A stretch of DNA of 64,000 nucleotides from Myxococcota bacterium (GCA_965223415.1 OZ245002.1:5760001-5824000); one strand, 5' to 3'. Counted from the stretch's first letter, positions 43,268-53,501 are shown. The notes: generated from the sequence alone by a model not told the origin. Made by a program: numbers and translations.

Positions 43268-45505
43268 GCGGGTGGGGCTCCGGGGCGCGCCGGAGTAGGT
43301 CCGCACCTCCTGCCGGTTCCAGCGGCCCCGCTGGCGGGCGGCCTCGGTGGTGCCCTCGCCCGGGCGGATGTCGCCGAAGGCCAGGAGCTGGTTGTCGTCG
43401 GTGATGACGGTGCCGTGGGCGGCGTAGCTGACGAGCTGGGCGGAGCCGAGGCGCGTCTGGGCGCGGACCTGGGCCGGGTCGAGGGGGCGCGCGCCGAGGC
43501 CGGGCTCGCGGGCGAAGCCCGGCCACGTCGTGCCGAGGGGCGCGCCCTCGGATGCGGTGCGGCCCAGCAGGATGCCGGTGCTGCTCACCGGGTCGACCCA
43601 CAGGAGTGCGTCCGGGAAGACCTCCAGGAAGGTGGCCGCGATGGACTTCGAGTGGTGGGGCGTCACCAGATGGAAGGGCAGCCACTGGGCCACGACACCG
43701 CCCGGTGTCAGGCGCGCGGCGGCGGTCTCGTAGAACTCGCGGGAGTAGAGGTTGTTCACGCCGGCGAAGTTCGGGGGCATCGGCTCGAGGGTGATGACGT
43801 CGTAACGGTGGTCGGAGCGGCGCAGCCAGGCGCGGCCGTCCATCACGATGGGGTCGGTGCGGGGATCTTCGAGCACGCCGTGGTTCGACGGGAAGAGCGG
43901 CGCCATGCGCAGCACCGCCTCGCTGACATCGACGACGTCGAGGGCCTCGGGCCCCTCGTCCAGGACGGACCAGGCGGTCTTCCCCGTGCCGAAGCAGATC
44001 ACGAGACCGCGCTTCGGGTCGGGATGGAGAAGCATCGGCAGGCGCCCCATCCACTGCATGTAGTCGGCCTTGGGCGTCTGCACCGTCGCCAGGAAGCCGT
44101 CGATCATCAGCCAGCGCAGGCCGCGGGGCGTTTCCACCACCGAGGTGGTGGTGTCCGGCCCTTCGTGGATGGCCAGCACCTTCTTGCCGCCGAAGCCCTC
44201 CTCCCGGTAGGCCCGGTGGCGGCCCGGGCTGGAGGTGGCGGTCATCGCCACCACGAGGGCCGCGGCGCCGGCGACGGCGGCGACGAAGCGCATGCGGCCC
44301 GGGTTCACGAGCAGGGCGAGGAGCGCCACCGCCACGCCCAGGAGCCAGGCGGTGGGCGCGAAGCCCAGGCTGGGGAGCCACCACCAGGCGGCGAGCAGCG
44401 AGCCCGCCACCGCCCCGGCGGTGTTGAGCGCGTAGAGCCGGCCGCTGCGGTGGGGATCGCGGTGCGCCTCCAGATACCAGGGCAACGCCACCCCGAGCAG
44501 CAGCATGGCGGGCCCGAGGATCACGATGGAGAGGACGAGCCACCAGGCCATCGTCGTCCCGTAGCTGCCCTGGGAGGTGGCGAACAGGTCCATGCGCTCG
44601 ACCAGCGGCGTGGCCAGCAGGATCGCGGCGGCGGCGGCGGCCAGCGTTGCGCCGGGGCCGACGCCACGGCGGTAGAGCCAGGCGGCGGCGTGGGCGCCCA
44701 GGGCGAGGGGCCCGAGCACCGAGGCGAGGATGATCGCGAAGCTGTCGGTGGTGCTCCAGAAGGCGGTGCGCAGGGCGCGGAACCACGCCACCTCGAGGCC
44801 GAAGGTGACGAGGCCCGTGCCGAACACCACGAGGCCGGGCAGCCAGAGCGAGCCCCCGTTCGCCGCGGCCGGAGACGGCTCGGGCTCGCTGACGGCCACG
44901 CCTGGCCGGGGCACGGCCAAGAGCACCGCCGCCAGGGTCAGGTTCAAGCCGGCCACGAGCCAGGAGGTTCGTGTGACGCCGAGCGCCGGCAGCACGACGA
45001 AGGAGACGAGCAGCACCCCAGCGAAGGCGCCGGCGGTGTTCAGGCCGTAGAGCACCGACACCGGCAGCCGGTAGCTCCGGGCCACGAGCTGGAACACCGG
45101 AACGGTCGCGCCCATGGCGATGGTCGGCGGACCGAGCACGACCAGGATCGAGAACGCGTGGGTGAAGGGCGCGAGAGGCGGCGCCATCCGGTAGATCGCC
45201 GCATCCACGTCCCCGACGGCGGCGAAGGCTGGCAGGATCACGAGCCCCCACAGGCCGATCGTCGCCTCCAGCGCCGCGTAGGCGCGCAGGGGCCGCGCCA
45301 CGCTTCGGCCGCCGCGCAGCCATCGCCCCATGCCGAGGGAGCCGATCGCCATGCCGCCCATCGTCGCGGCGAGGGTGAGCGCCGTTCCCAGCGCCGAGAG
45401 CCCAAGCGCCAACGTGGCGGCCAGCTGCCAGAGGATCTCCCAGGAGAGCGCCGCGACGCCGCCGGTCGCGACGGCGGCCAGGATCGCGATGCGCAGGGGC
45501 GACAT
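43265..45505 (-). CDS. Membrane domain fused to spermidine-synthase-like domain
   Basis: About 13 TM segments (LYGLNTAGA, LYALNTAGAVAG), then LVICFGTGKT, DGRAWL and YDVITLEPMPP...NLYSREFY. Confidence 0.88.
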   Translation of the reverse strand: MSPLRIAILAAVATGGVAALSWEILWQLAATLALGLSALGTALTLAATMGGMAIGSLGMGRWLRGGRSVARPLRAYAALEATIGLWGLVILPAFAAVGDVDAAIYRMAPPLAPFTHAFSILVVLGPPTIAMGATVPVFQLVARSYRLPVSVLYGLNTAGAFAGVLLVSFVVLPALGVTRTSWLVAGLNLTLAAVLLAVPRPGVAVSEPEPSPAAANGGSLWLPGLVVFGTGLVTFGLEVAWFRALRTAFWSTTDSFAIILASVLGPLALGAHAAAWLYRRGVGPGATLAAAAAAILLATPLVERMDLFATSQGSYGTTMAWWLVLSIVILGPAMLLLGVALPWYLEAHRDPHRSGRLYALNTAGAVAGSLLAAWWWLPSLGFAPTAWLLGVAVALLALLVNPGRMRFVAAVAGAAALVVAMTATSSPGRHRAYREEGFGGKKVLAIHEGPDTTTSVVETPRGLRWLMIDGFLATVQTPKADYMQWMGRLPMLLHPDPKRGLVICFGTGKTAWSVLDEGPEALDVVDVSEAVLRMAPLFPSNHGVLEDPRTDPIVMDGRAWLRRSDHRYDVITLEPMPPNFAGVNNLYSREFYETAAARLTPGGVVAQWLPFHLVTPHHSKSIAATFLEVFPDALLWVDPVSSTGILLGRTASEGAPLGTTWPGFAREPGLGARPLDPAQVRAQTRLGSAQLVSYAAHGTVITDDNQLLAFGDIRPGEGTTEAARQRGRWNRQEVRTYSGAPRSPTR

Positions 45506-45542
45506 GACTAGAGCTTCACGGGACGGTGACGGGCCGGCACGA

Positions 45543-46856
45543 CTAGAGCTTCCGGACCTTCTCCATCCCCTCGGTCACGTCGCGGGTCGCGTTGCGCGTG
45601 TCGTAGACGCGTCCGGCCCGGGCGACCACTCGTGCGTAGTCCACGGCCTCGTGATCGGTCACGATCACGACCAGATCGGCGGCGGCCAGCTCGTCGTCGC
45701 TGAGCTCGACGCTCTTGAGCGTGCGGTCCTCGATGCTCAGCTCGGAAACGTGGGGGTCGTGGTAGCGGATGACCGCGCCCTTGGTCTCGAGCAGGCGGAT
45801 GATGTCGACGGCCGGCGTCTCGCGCATGTCGCCCACGTTCGGCTTGTAGGCGACGCCGAGCACGAGCACCCGCGCGCCGTTCACGGCCAGGCGGTCCTCG
45901 TTCAGGAGATCGGCCACCGTGTCCGCCACGTGCTCGGGCATGTGGCCGTTGATGTCCGTCGCCAGCTCGATGAAGCGGGCGTTGAAGTTGAGGGACTTCA
46001 TCTTCCAGGCCAGGTACGTCGGGTCCACCGGGATGCAGTGGCCGCCGAGCCCCGGGCCGGGCTGGAACTTCATGAAGCCGTAGGGCTTCGTCGCCGCGGC
46101 GTCGATCACCTCCCAGACGTCGAGGCCGAGGCGATCGCACATCAGCGCCACCTCGTTGGCCAGGCCGATGTTGATCGCCCGGAAGGTGTTCTCGAGCAGC
46201 TTCACCATCTCGGCGCTCTGGGTCGACGAGACGGGCACGACCGTGTCGAAGATCGTCTCGTAGATCTTCACGCCCAGCTCGGTGCAGAAGGGCGTCTCGC
46301 CGCCCACCACCTTCGGCACCTCGCGCACGGCGAACTTCGTGTTGGCCGGATCGATGCGCTCCGGGGCGAAGGCGACGGCGAAGTCGGCGCCGCACTCGAG
46401 GCCGCTCTCCTCGAGGAGCGGGACAAAGAGATCGTGGGTCGTGCCCGGGTACGTGGTGCTGCCGAGGATCACGAGCTGGCCGCTGCGCAGGCGCTTCCGG
46501 ATATCCTCCACCGCGCGCACGATATGGGAGACGTCCGGGTCCTTGGCCTTGGTGAGCGGGGTCGGCACGCAGACGTTCACCACGTCCTGGGCCGAGAGCG
46601 CCGTGAAATCGGCGGAGGCGGCCAGGCGTCCGGCCTCCACCTCGCGCCGCACCTCGTCGGCGGGGACGTCCTCGATGTAGCTGCCGCCCTCCGAGAGCAC
46701 GCGCACCTTCTCCCCATCCAGATCGAAGCCGGTCACGCGGAAGCCGGCCCGGGCGAACTCGAGGGCCAGGGGCAGGCCCACGTAGCCCAGACCGATCACG
46801 CCGATGCGCGCCTCGCGACTGTCGATGTTGGCACTGAGGCTCTCGAGGCGGCTCAT
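45543..46856 (-). CDS. UDP-sugar 6-dehydrogenase (WbpA/WecC-like)
   Basis: GLGYVGLP, CVPTP, KLLENTFR, GGHCIPVDP and LGVAYK. Confidence 0.95.
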   Translation of the reverse strand: MSRLESLSANIDSREARIGVIGLGYVGLPLALEFARAGFRVTGFDLDGEKVRVLSEGGSYIEDVPADEVRREVEAGRLAASADFTALSAQDVVNVCVPTPLTKAKDPDVSHIVRAVEDIRKRLRSGQLVILGSTTYPGTTHDLFVPLLEESGLECGADFAVAFAPERIDPANTKFAVREVPKVVGGETPFCTELGVKIYETIFDTVVPVSSTQSAEMVKLLENTFRAINIGLANEVALMCDRLGLDVWEVIDAAATKPYGFMKFQPGPGLGGHCIPVDPTYLAWKMKSLNFNARFIELATDINGHMPEHVADTVADLLNEDRLAVNGARVLVLGVAYKPNVGDMRETPAVDIIRLLETKGAVIRYHDPHVSELSIEDRTLKSVELSDDELAAADLVVIVTDHEAVDYARVVARAGRVYDTRNATRDVTEGMEKVRKL

Positions 46857-46898
46857 GGGGAGACTCCGGGCCCGGGGGCCGGGGAAGGGGGAGGAGGT

Positions 46899-47564
46899 TC
46901 AGGAGGTCTCGGACGGCTCGCCGCCGAAGTAGTCGGCGAAGTAGACGTAGCCGGACCACAGGGTGAGTACCGTGGCGAGGGTCAAAAGTGCCAGACCGAT
47001 GAGGTGGTTGGGTAGCCCCAGAGTCCCCTCGGGGAAGAGCAGCGCGCCGACCGCGATGTTCTGGGCCACGGCCTTGAGCTTGCCCCCAGCCTGGGCACCG
47101 ATCACCTGGCCGCCGGCGGAGGCGATGCCCCGGAGCCCGGTAACCGCCAGCTCCCGCCCGACGATCACCACCACCAGGATGACGCCCTCCGGCGGGATCC
47201 GTCCCATGGCCAGGACGACGATCAGAGCCGTGGAGACGGTGATCTTGTCCGCCAGGGGGTCGAGGAGCTTGCCGATCTTCGTGACCTGCTGGCCGCGGCG
47301 GGCGGCCCAGCCGTCCAGCAGATCGCCCAGGGCAGCGACGATGAAGAGCCAGGCCACGATCCGCGAGCTCACCGGGTCCGGAAACCAGGGGAACGCCAGC
47401 AGCACCGGGATCACGGCCATGCGCAGGACCGTGATGGTGTTGGGCAGGTTCCAGAAACGTTCGCGCTCGGCAGACAGCTCGGAGGACTCCGGACGGGCCC
47501 GGTCCAGGGTGGCGGACCGGGCCCCGGTGGAGCCCGGCAGGGCCTCACCGAGGGAAGTCGCCAT
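46899..47564 (-). CDS. pgsA: CDP-diacylglycerol--glycerol-3-phosphate 3-phosphatidyltransferase
   Basis: WNLPNTIT, DLLDGWAAR...GKLLDPLADK and RELAVTGLR. Confidence 0.92.
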   Translation of the reverse strand: MATSLGEALPGSTGARSATLDRARPESSELSAERERFWNLPNTITVLRMAVIPVLLAFPWFPDPVSSRIVAWLFIVAALGDLLDGWAARRGQQVTKIGKLLDPLADKITVSTALIVVLAMGRIPPEGVILVVVIVGRELAVTGLRGIASAGGQVIGAQAGGKLKAVAQNIAVGALLFPEGTLGLPNHLIGLALLTLATVLTLWSGYVYFADYFGGEPSETS

Positions 47565-48165
47565 GGTAACGACGATAGTAGGAGAGGACCCGCCGCACGT
47601 ACTCGCGGGTCTCGGCATAGGGCGGAACGCCCCGATAGCGATCGACGGCCGTGGGTCCGGCGTTGTAGGCCGCCAGGGTGTGGGTCCAGCTTCCGTAGCG
47701 GTCGTGGAGGGTGCGCAAGTAGCGCACGCCGCCGTCGATGTTCTGCTCGGCGGCGAAGGGCTCGAGGACGCCAAGCATCCGGGCGGTATCGGGCATGAGC
47801 TGCATCAGCCCCATCGCGCCCTTCGGCGAGACCGCCCGCGGGTCGAAGGCCGATTCGGCGTGGATCACGGCTTTCACCAGGGCGGGGGGGATTCCCTGCT
47901 CCATTGCGTGCCTGCGGATCGTCGGATCGTAGATCCGCACGGGCCGGACCGCGTTCTTCGGCGCGATGCGGTAGCTGGCCGGCATGCGGAAGCGCTGGTA
48001 GCGGTCGTCGTCCGGGTTCACGTTCGTGAAGTGGACGACGCCACGGGCGTCCACATAGCGGTAGATCCCCTCGGCGCCAGCGGCCGGGGCCAGGAGCCAG
48101 AGGCCGGCCAGCGCCAAGCCGAGCAGGAGCCCCCGCCGGGGCCGCCTCGCAGCCTCGATCCCCAT
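47545..48165 (-). CDS. SLT lytic transglycosylase with DUF4124-like N-terminus
   Basis: IYRYVDARGVVHFTN, AESAFDP.AVSPKGAMGLMQLMP and AAYNAG. Confidence 0.93.
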   Translation of the reverse strand: MGIEAARRPRRGLLLGLALAGLWLLAPAAGAEGIYRYVDARGVVHFTNVNPDDDRYQRFRMPASYRIAPKNAVRPVRIYDPTIRRHAMEQGIPPALVKAVIHAESAFDPRAVSPKGAMGLMQLMPDTARMLGVLEPFAAEQNIDGGVRYLRTLHDRYGSWTHTLAAYNAGPTAVDRYRGVPPYAETREYVRRVLSYYRRYHGDFPR

Positions 48166-48265
48166 CGATTCCCCCGGGGAATTGTTCCCGGTCCGTTGCG
48201 AGAGATAGACTCGCCCCACCGTCCCTCCCTATCGGAGCATCCGAGGCCCGTTCTTGAGCCGCCCG

Positions 48266-49876
48266 GTGAACGGATCCGACAGCAACGACGCCGACGTTCT
48301 CGTGCTCGGAAGCGGGATTGCAGGGCTCTTCTACGCCCTGCGGGTGGCCGAGCGCGCGCGTGTGGTGCTCGTCACCAAGAAGCACGCGGCCCAGGCGGCC
48401 ACGAACTTCGCCCAGGGGGGCATCGCCGCGGTCGTCTCCGGGGACGACTCGGTGGAAGAGCACGTCCGCGACACCCTGGAGGCCGGAGCGGGCCTGTGCC
48501 GGGAGGACGTGGTGCGCTTCGTGGTCGAGCGCGGCGCCGGCGCCATCGACGCGCTGCTCAAGCTGGGCGTGGAGTTCGACCGGGACGAGGAGGGCGAGTT
48601 CTCCCTGGGCCGGGAGGGAGGCCACACCCGCCGGCGGGTCCTCCACCACCGGGACGCCACAGGCCGGGAGATCGAGCGGGCGCTCCTGGCCCGGGCCCGG
48701 GCCCATCCGAACATCCGGCTGCTCGAGGACTTCATGGCGGTGGACCTGCTCACCTCGCGGCGAGCGGGCATGCCGGGCCCGAACCGCGCGCTGGGTGCCT
48801 ACGTCCTCGACGCCCACCGCGGCACCGTCCACCGCTTCCGCGCGCGCGCCACCTTCCTCGCCACCGGCGGCGCCGGCAAGGTCTACCTCTACACGAGCAA
48901 CCCGGACATCGCGTCGGGCGACGGCATCGCCATGGCCTATCGGGCCGGTGCCACGGTGGCGAACATGGAGTTCTTCCAGTTCCACCCGACCTGCCTCTTC
49001 CATCCCCAGGCCAAGTCCTTCCTCATCAGCGAGGCGGTGCGGGGCGAGGGCGGCATCCTGCGCAACGCCGCCGGCAACGCCTTCATGGCGCCCTACCACC
49101 CGATGGGCGACCTGGCTCCCCGCGACATCGTGGCCCGCGCCATCGACACGGAGCTGAAGCGCACCGGCGACGACTCGGTCTTCCTCGACATCACCCACCG
49201 GGACGCCGCCTTCCTGAAGGATCGCTTTCCCACGATCCACGAGCGCTGTCTCGAGTTCGGCGTTGACCTCGTCCGGGAGCCGATCCCGGTGGTGCCCGCC
49301 GCCCACTACTGCTGCGGCGGCGTCGTGACCGACGTCCACGGCGAGACCGACGTGCAGAACCTCTTCGCCGCCGGCGAGGTCACCTGCACGGGCCTCCACG
49401 GCGCCAACCGGCTGGCCTCGAACTCGCTGCTGGAGGGCGTCGTGTTCGCCCAGGCCGCCGCCGACGAGACCCTCGCCCGCCTCCCCGACCTCCCCACCCA
49501 CGACGGGCCCATCGAGCCCTGGCACGAAGGCGCCGCCACCGAGAGCAGCGAGGCGGTCGTCATCACCCAGAACTGGGACGAGATCCGCCGCTTCATGTGG
49601 AACTACGTCGGCATCGTGCGCACGGACAAGCGGCTCGCCCGCGCCCGCCGCCGCATCGTCCTCCTGCAGGACGAGATCACCGAGTACTACTGGAACTTCC
49701 GCGTCATCCCGCCGCTGCTCGAGCTGCGCAACCTGGCCACCGTGGCCCAGCTCGTGATCGCCTGCGCGAGCATGCGCAACGAGAGCCGCGGCCTGCACTA
49801 CACGCTCGACCACCCGGACCGCGTCCCCGACGGCCGGGCGGAGGACACGTTGGTTCGGCACCCGGAGGCGCGCTAG
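48266..49876 (+). CDS. nadB: L-aspartate oxidase
   Basis: GSGIAGL, AQGGIAA, REGGH, QFHPT, SEAVRGEG and HGANRLASNSLLE. Start may be 48254 or 48266. Confidence 0.96.
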   Translation: MNGSDSNDADVLVLGSGIAGLFYALRVAERARVVLVTKKHAAQAATNFAQGGIAAVVSGDDSVEEHVRDTLEAGAGLCREDVVRFVVERGAGAIDALLKLGVEFDRDEEGEFSLGREGGHTRRRVLHHRDATGREIERALLARARAHPNIRLLEDFMAVDLLTSRRAGMPGPNRALGAYVLDAHRGTVHRFRARATFLATGGAGKVYLYTSNPDIASGDGIAMAYRAGATVANMEFFQFHPTCLFHPQAKSFLISEAVRGEGGILRNAAGNAFMAPYHPMGDLAPRDIVARAIDTELKRTGDDSVFLDITHRDAAFLKDRFPTIHERCLEFGVDLVREPIPVVPAAHYCCGGVVTDVHGETDVQNLFAAGEVTCTGLHGANRLASNSLLEGVVFAQAAADETLARLPDLPTHDGPIEPWHEGAATESSEAVVITQNWDEIRRFMWNYVGIVRTDKRLARARRRIVLLQDEITEYYWNFRVIPPLLELRNLATVAQLVIACASMRNESRGLHYTLDHPDRVPDGRAEDTLVRHPEAR

Positions 49877-49879
49877 CGC

Positions 49880-51307
49880 TCAGCCCCGGGGCTCGAGCAC
49901 CCCCAGGTCCACCAGCGCGTTCACCGCGCCCAGGATCTCCGCGTCGGGCTCCGGGATCACGTCGATGAGCCGGCGCAGGGTAAAGCCGGCTTCGGCCAGG
50001 TCGAGCACAGCCTGCTCGATCTTCGAGGACTCGACCTCGGAGCCGCGCGCGTCCCAGTCGACGCGGAAGGTCGTCGTCATCTCGACCGGGACGTCGACGA
50101 CCCGGGCGCGTTCGTCCAGCTGGCGGACCGCATCGAGAATGGCGGCCTCGAGGGACTGGGGCTCGTCCTCTTCGTCGAGGGGATCGACGTTGGAGTAGAA
50201 CTCGAAGCGGCCGTCGGGCCAGCCGAGCAGCCGCGACAGGGCCTTCGTGCCGCGCAGGGCGCCGAGGCGGGCGTAGCGCAGCACGCCGCCTTCGAAGGCA
50301 ATGACGCCCTCTTCGGCGCCGTGGGTCGCGATCAGGGTGCCGCAGGGAGAGGTGTTGCCGAGCATCTGGACCAGGTTCGGCATGCCGAGCTCTTCGATCA
50401 GGCCGCTGATGCCCGCCTCCTGGCGCTCCGCCGCGTTGTCGCGCACGCCCTGGACGAAGCTCGCGATCAGGTCGGCCTGGCTCTCGGCGGGATCGAACTG
50501 CACGCCAACCGCCGCGACGGTTCCGTCGGACTCGACGTGACGGGAGACACGGCCGGTCACCTCGATGTGGTCGCCGGAGTCGGGGCTTTGGAGGCGCAGC
50601 TTCACCTCCTTGCCGAGGGGGATCTCGCTCGCGTCGGCAGAAATGAGCGCGCCGCTCTCGCTGAGGTCCCGGGTGTGGCCGTCCAGGTGGAAATCGCTCG
50701 TGGCGAGTCGGGCGGGCACCGAGGCACGCGCGCGGGGACCGCGCCGGCGCTCTTCCCGAGACGGCGCCAGGTCTTCGTCGCGGAGGTCGCCGTCGGTGCT
50801 CTCGCGCAGGACGTCCTCGAGCAACGCGGGATCGATCGCCAGGCGTTCGAGCTCTTCGCTCTCGAGCGGCTCGACGCCGGGCTGGGTGAACTCGGCCTCC
50901 ACCTCGAGCTCCGGCTCGGGCCTCGGTGCGACCCGGGGCTCGGGCTGGCGGTCCGGCCTCGGTTTGAGCCGCGGCTCCGGCTCGGCTCGGGGTTCGAGCT
51001 CCGGCTGGGTGTCCTGGTCGTTGGCCTCCGGCCCGGGCGCTCCCAGATGCGGCAGCAGCCGCCCGCGCAGCTCCGACGCGTCCTCGGCGAACTGCACCGC
51101 CACCGCGCCGGGCATCTGGTGCACGACCTCGGCCTCGAGCACGAGGTTCAGCCCGGCGAACGTCAGTAAGATTTCCACCTCGACCTGCTCGCGCAGGGAG
51201 AGCTCGAGCTCCGTGTGGACGAACGCGCCCCCAGCGCTCATGTTGCGCTCGTACTCCTGCCGGAATCCATCGGGATCCTCGAAGACGAGTCGGAGCCTGT
51301 GGGTCAT
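49880..51307 (-). CDS. PilZ-PilZ-DUF4388 signalling protein
   Basis: First PilZ-like NMSAGGAF, second PilZ ERRRGPR...DLSESG, and C-terminal ISGLIEELGMPNLVQML...GVIAFEGG...LLGWPDGRFEF. Confidence 0.8.
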   Translation of the reverse strand: MTHRLRLVFEDPDGFRQEYERNMSAGGAFVHTELELSLREQVEVEILLTFAGLNLVLEAEVVHQMPGAVAVQFAEDASELRGRLLPHLGAPGPEANDQDTQPELEPRAEPEPRLKPRPDRQPEPRVAPRPEPELEVEAEFTQPGVEPLESEELERLAIDPALLEDVLRESTDGDLRDEDLAPSREERRRGPRARASVPARLATSDFHLDGHTRDLSESGALISADASEIPLGKEVKLRLQSPDSGDHIEVTGRVSRHVESDGTVAAVGVQFDPAESQADLIASFVQGVRDNAAERQEAGISGLIEELGMPNLVQMLGNTSPCGTLIATHGAEEGVIAFEGGVLRYARLGALRGTKALSRLLGWPDGRFEFYSNVDPLDEEDEPQSLEAAILDAVRQLDERARVVDVPVEMTTTFRVDWDARGSEVESSKIEQAVLDLAEAGFTLRRLIDVIPEPDAEILGAVNALVDLGVLEPRG

Positions 51308-51432
51308 CGGGGCGGCGCACCTCGAACCGCCACCCGGCTGCCGAATGCGGCCGGACGGAGTCTCCGGCCGTATCGGCGGGACGAGCGACCCGCATGACAG
51401 GGAGGCCGTGTATTCCCCTCGGGGAGAGCGGC

Positions 51433-52125
51433 TCAGGTGCCGTGGACGAGGGTCTGGAAGAGCCGCGCTTGGACGGATCCCAGCTCGAGCTCCGGGTGCC
51501 ACTGGACGGCCTGGAGCCAGGGCGCTCCGTCCAGCTCGAGGGCCTCCACCGTGCCGTCGCGGGCGTGGGCCACCGGGCGCAGGCCGCGACCGAGCTGGCG
51601 CACGGCCTGGTGGTGCCAGCTCGCCACCTGCCCGAGCCGCTCGGCTCCGAACAGCCGGGCCAGGGCGGAGCCGGCCACGAGCTCCACCGGGTGGAGGGTG
51701 GGCTCGTCCTGGCTGCGGCGGTGGGCGACCTCCTCGCCCACCACGTCAGGCAGGTGCGGGTGCACGTCGCCGCCGAGCGCCACGTTCAGCACCTGCATGC
51801 CGCGGCAGATCGCGAGGGTCGGGAGCTCTCGCTCCAGGGCCGCTTGCGTGAGGGCCAGCTCGAAGCGATCGCGCTCCTGACACATCGAGTACATGTGGTC
51901 GTGGGCCGGCTCCCCCAGGGTCTCCGGGTGCAGGTCGCCGCCGCCGGTGATGACGAGACCATCGAGTCTCTCCAGCAAGGCCGCGGGTGCCTCGGCGCCG
52001 GGCACGAGCAGCACCGGCTCCCCGCCGGCCTGGCGCACGCCGTCCACGTAGGCGTCGGGCAGGGTGAAGCGCGAGCGCCCTTCCCTCTCCCGGTGGTAGG
52101 TCGTGACGCCGATCCAGGGCGCCAC
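51433..52125 (-). CDS. Gamma-glutamyl-gamma-aminobutyrate hydrolase family (peptidase C26, PuuD-like)
   Basis: LDGLVITGGGD, ICRGMQVLNVALGG, SWHHQAV and VQWHPE. Confidence 0.9.
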   Translation of the reverse strand: MAPWIGVTTYHREREGRSRFTLPDAYVDGVRQAGGEPVLLVPGAEAPAALLERLDGLVITGGGDLHPETLGEPAHDHMYSMCQERDRFELALTQAALERELPTLAICRGMQVLNVALGGDVHPHLPDVVGEEVAHRRSQDEPTLHPVELVAGSALARLFGAERLGQVASWHHQAVRQLGRGLRPVAHARDGTVEALELDGAPWLQAVQWHPELELGSVQARLFQTLVHGT

Positions 52126-53501
52126 TACACCCGCTCGAAGTAGCGCGCTCGCTCCCAGTCGGTCACGGCGCCGCGGAAGCCCGCGGCCTCGGTGCGGGCG
52201 AAGTGGAGCAGGTGGTTCGTGACGTCGTCCCCGAAGCTCTTGCGGACGAAGGCGCTCCCCTCGAGCAGGGCGATGGCCTCCTCGAGGCTCGCGGGAACCT
52301 GGGGCAGGTCCTGAGCCTCGTAGACGTTTCCCTCGAAGACCGGCCCGGGGTCGAGATCGTTCTCGATGCCGTCAAGCCCGGCGGCGAGCAGGGCGGCGTA
52401 CACCAGGTAGGGGTTGGCGTCGGCGCCAGGAATGCGGCACTCGACCCGGAGCCCCGCGCCCTGCCCCACCACCCGGAAGCCCGCGGTGCGGTTGTCCCAG
52501 CTCCAGGCGATGCCGGTCGGCGCGAAGGTGCCCGGCTGGAAGCGCTTGTAGCTATTCACCGTCGGCGCGAAGAAGAAGGCGAGCTCCCGGGCGTGGGCCA
52601 GGAGGCCGCCCAGGAAGGCCCGGAAGGTGGGCGAGCAGGTCGCCGGCGTGCCGGCCAGGGGCTCCGCACCGGCGAAGGCCGCCTGGCCGGCCGGGCTCCA
52701 CAGGCTCGCGTGCACGTGCAGGCTGTTGCCGGCCAGCTCCGCGTCCCACTTGGCCATGAAGGTGAGCGCCTGGCCGGCCCGGTGGGCGATCTCCTTCGCC
52801 GCCAGCTTGTAGACGACGTGGCGGTCGGCCATCTCCAGGGCCTCCGCATAGCGAAGGTTGATCTCGTGCTGGCCGGGGCCCCACTCCCCCTTGCTGAACT
52901 CCACGGGGATGGCCGAGGCGTGCACGTCCCGACGGATGGCGCCGATCACGTGCTCGGCCATGGTGCCGGAGAGCAGGTGGTAGTCCTCGATGTAGTCCTG
53001 GCTGGTCGCGAGCCCGCGGTAGCCCTTCTCCCGGGCGCCCCGGTAGCCCTCGTCGAAGAGGAAGAACTCGAGCTCGCTCCCCATCTTGGGGACGAAGCCC
53101 AGGCTGGAGGCCCGCTCGAGCTGGCGTTTCAGGATGCTTCGCGGCGCGACGGGAACGGGGCCGCCGGCCTCGGCGTCGCAGAGCACGAGCGCCGTGCGTT
53201 CCAGCCAGGCGGCACGGCGGAGCGTGCCGAGATCGGGCACCGCGTGGAGATCGCCGTAGCCGGTCTCCCAGCTCGTGAAGGCATAGCCGGGCGTCGGGTC
53301 CATCTCCATGTCGCAGGCGAGCAGGTAGTCGCAGACGTGCATGCCGCCGGAGACCACCTCGTCGAGGAAGAACTCCCCGACGATGCGCTTGCCGACGAGA
53401 CGGCCGTAGAGATCCGGCAGCGCGGTGATGACCGTCTCGATCTCGCCCGCCTCGATCCCGCGGCGCAAGCCCTCGAGATCGAGCCGGCCGCGTTCGGTCA
53501 C
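52125..53501 (-). CDS. Glutamine synthetase family gamma-glutamyl ligase (PuuA-like)
   Basis: DLYGRLVGKR, ELEFFLF, GEWGPGQHEINL, NSYKRF, DNRT and ECRIPGADANPY. GTG start overlaps the purF stop. Confidence 0.88.
   Translation of the reverse strand: MTERGRLDLEGLRRGIEAGEIETVITALPDLYGRLVGKRIVGEFFLDEVVSGGMHVCDYLLACDMEMDPTPGYAFTSWETGYGDLHAVPDLGTLRRAAWLERTALVLCDAEAGGPVPVAPRSILKRQLERASSLGFVPKMGSELEFFLFDEGYRGAREKGYRGLATSQDYIEDYHLLSGTMAEHVIGAIRRDVHASAIPVEFSKGEWGPGQHEINLRYAEALEMADRHVVYKLAAKEIAHRAGQALTFMAKWDAELAGNSLHVHASLWSPAGQAAFAGAEPLAGTPATCSPTFRAFLGGLLAHARELAFFFAPTVNSYKRFQPGTFAPTGIAWSWDNRTAGFRVVGQGAGLRVECRIPGADANPYLVYAALLAAGLDGIENDLDPGPVFEGNVYEAQDLPQVPASLEEAIALLEGSAFVRKSFGDDVTNHLLHFARTEAAGFRGAVTDWERARYFERV

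Noticed and set aside
52125..53501. Calling this gene glnA
   Set aside because: Its sequence style and adjacency to a C26 hydrolase fit a gamma-glutamyl-amine ligase better, so no symbol was assigned.
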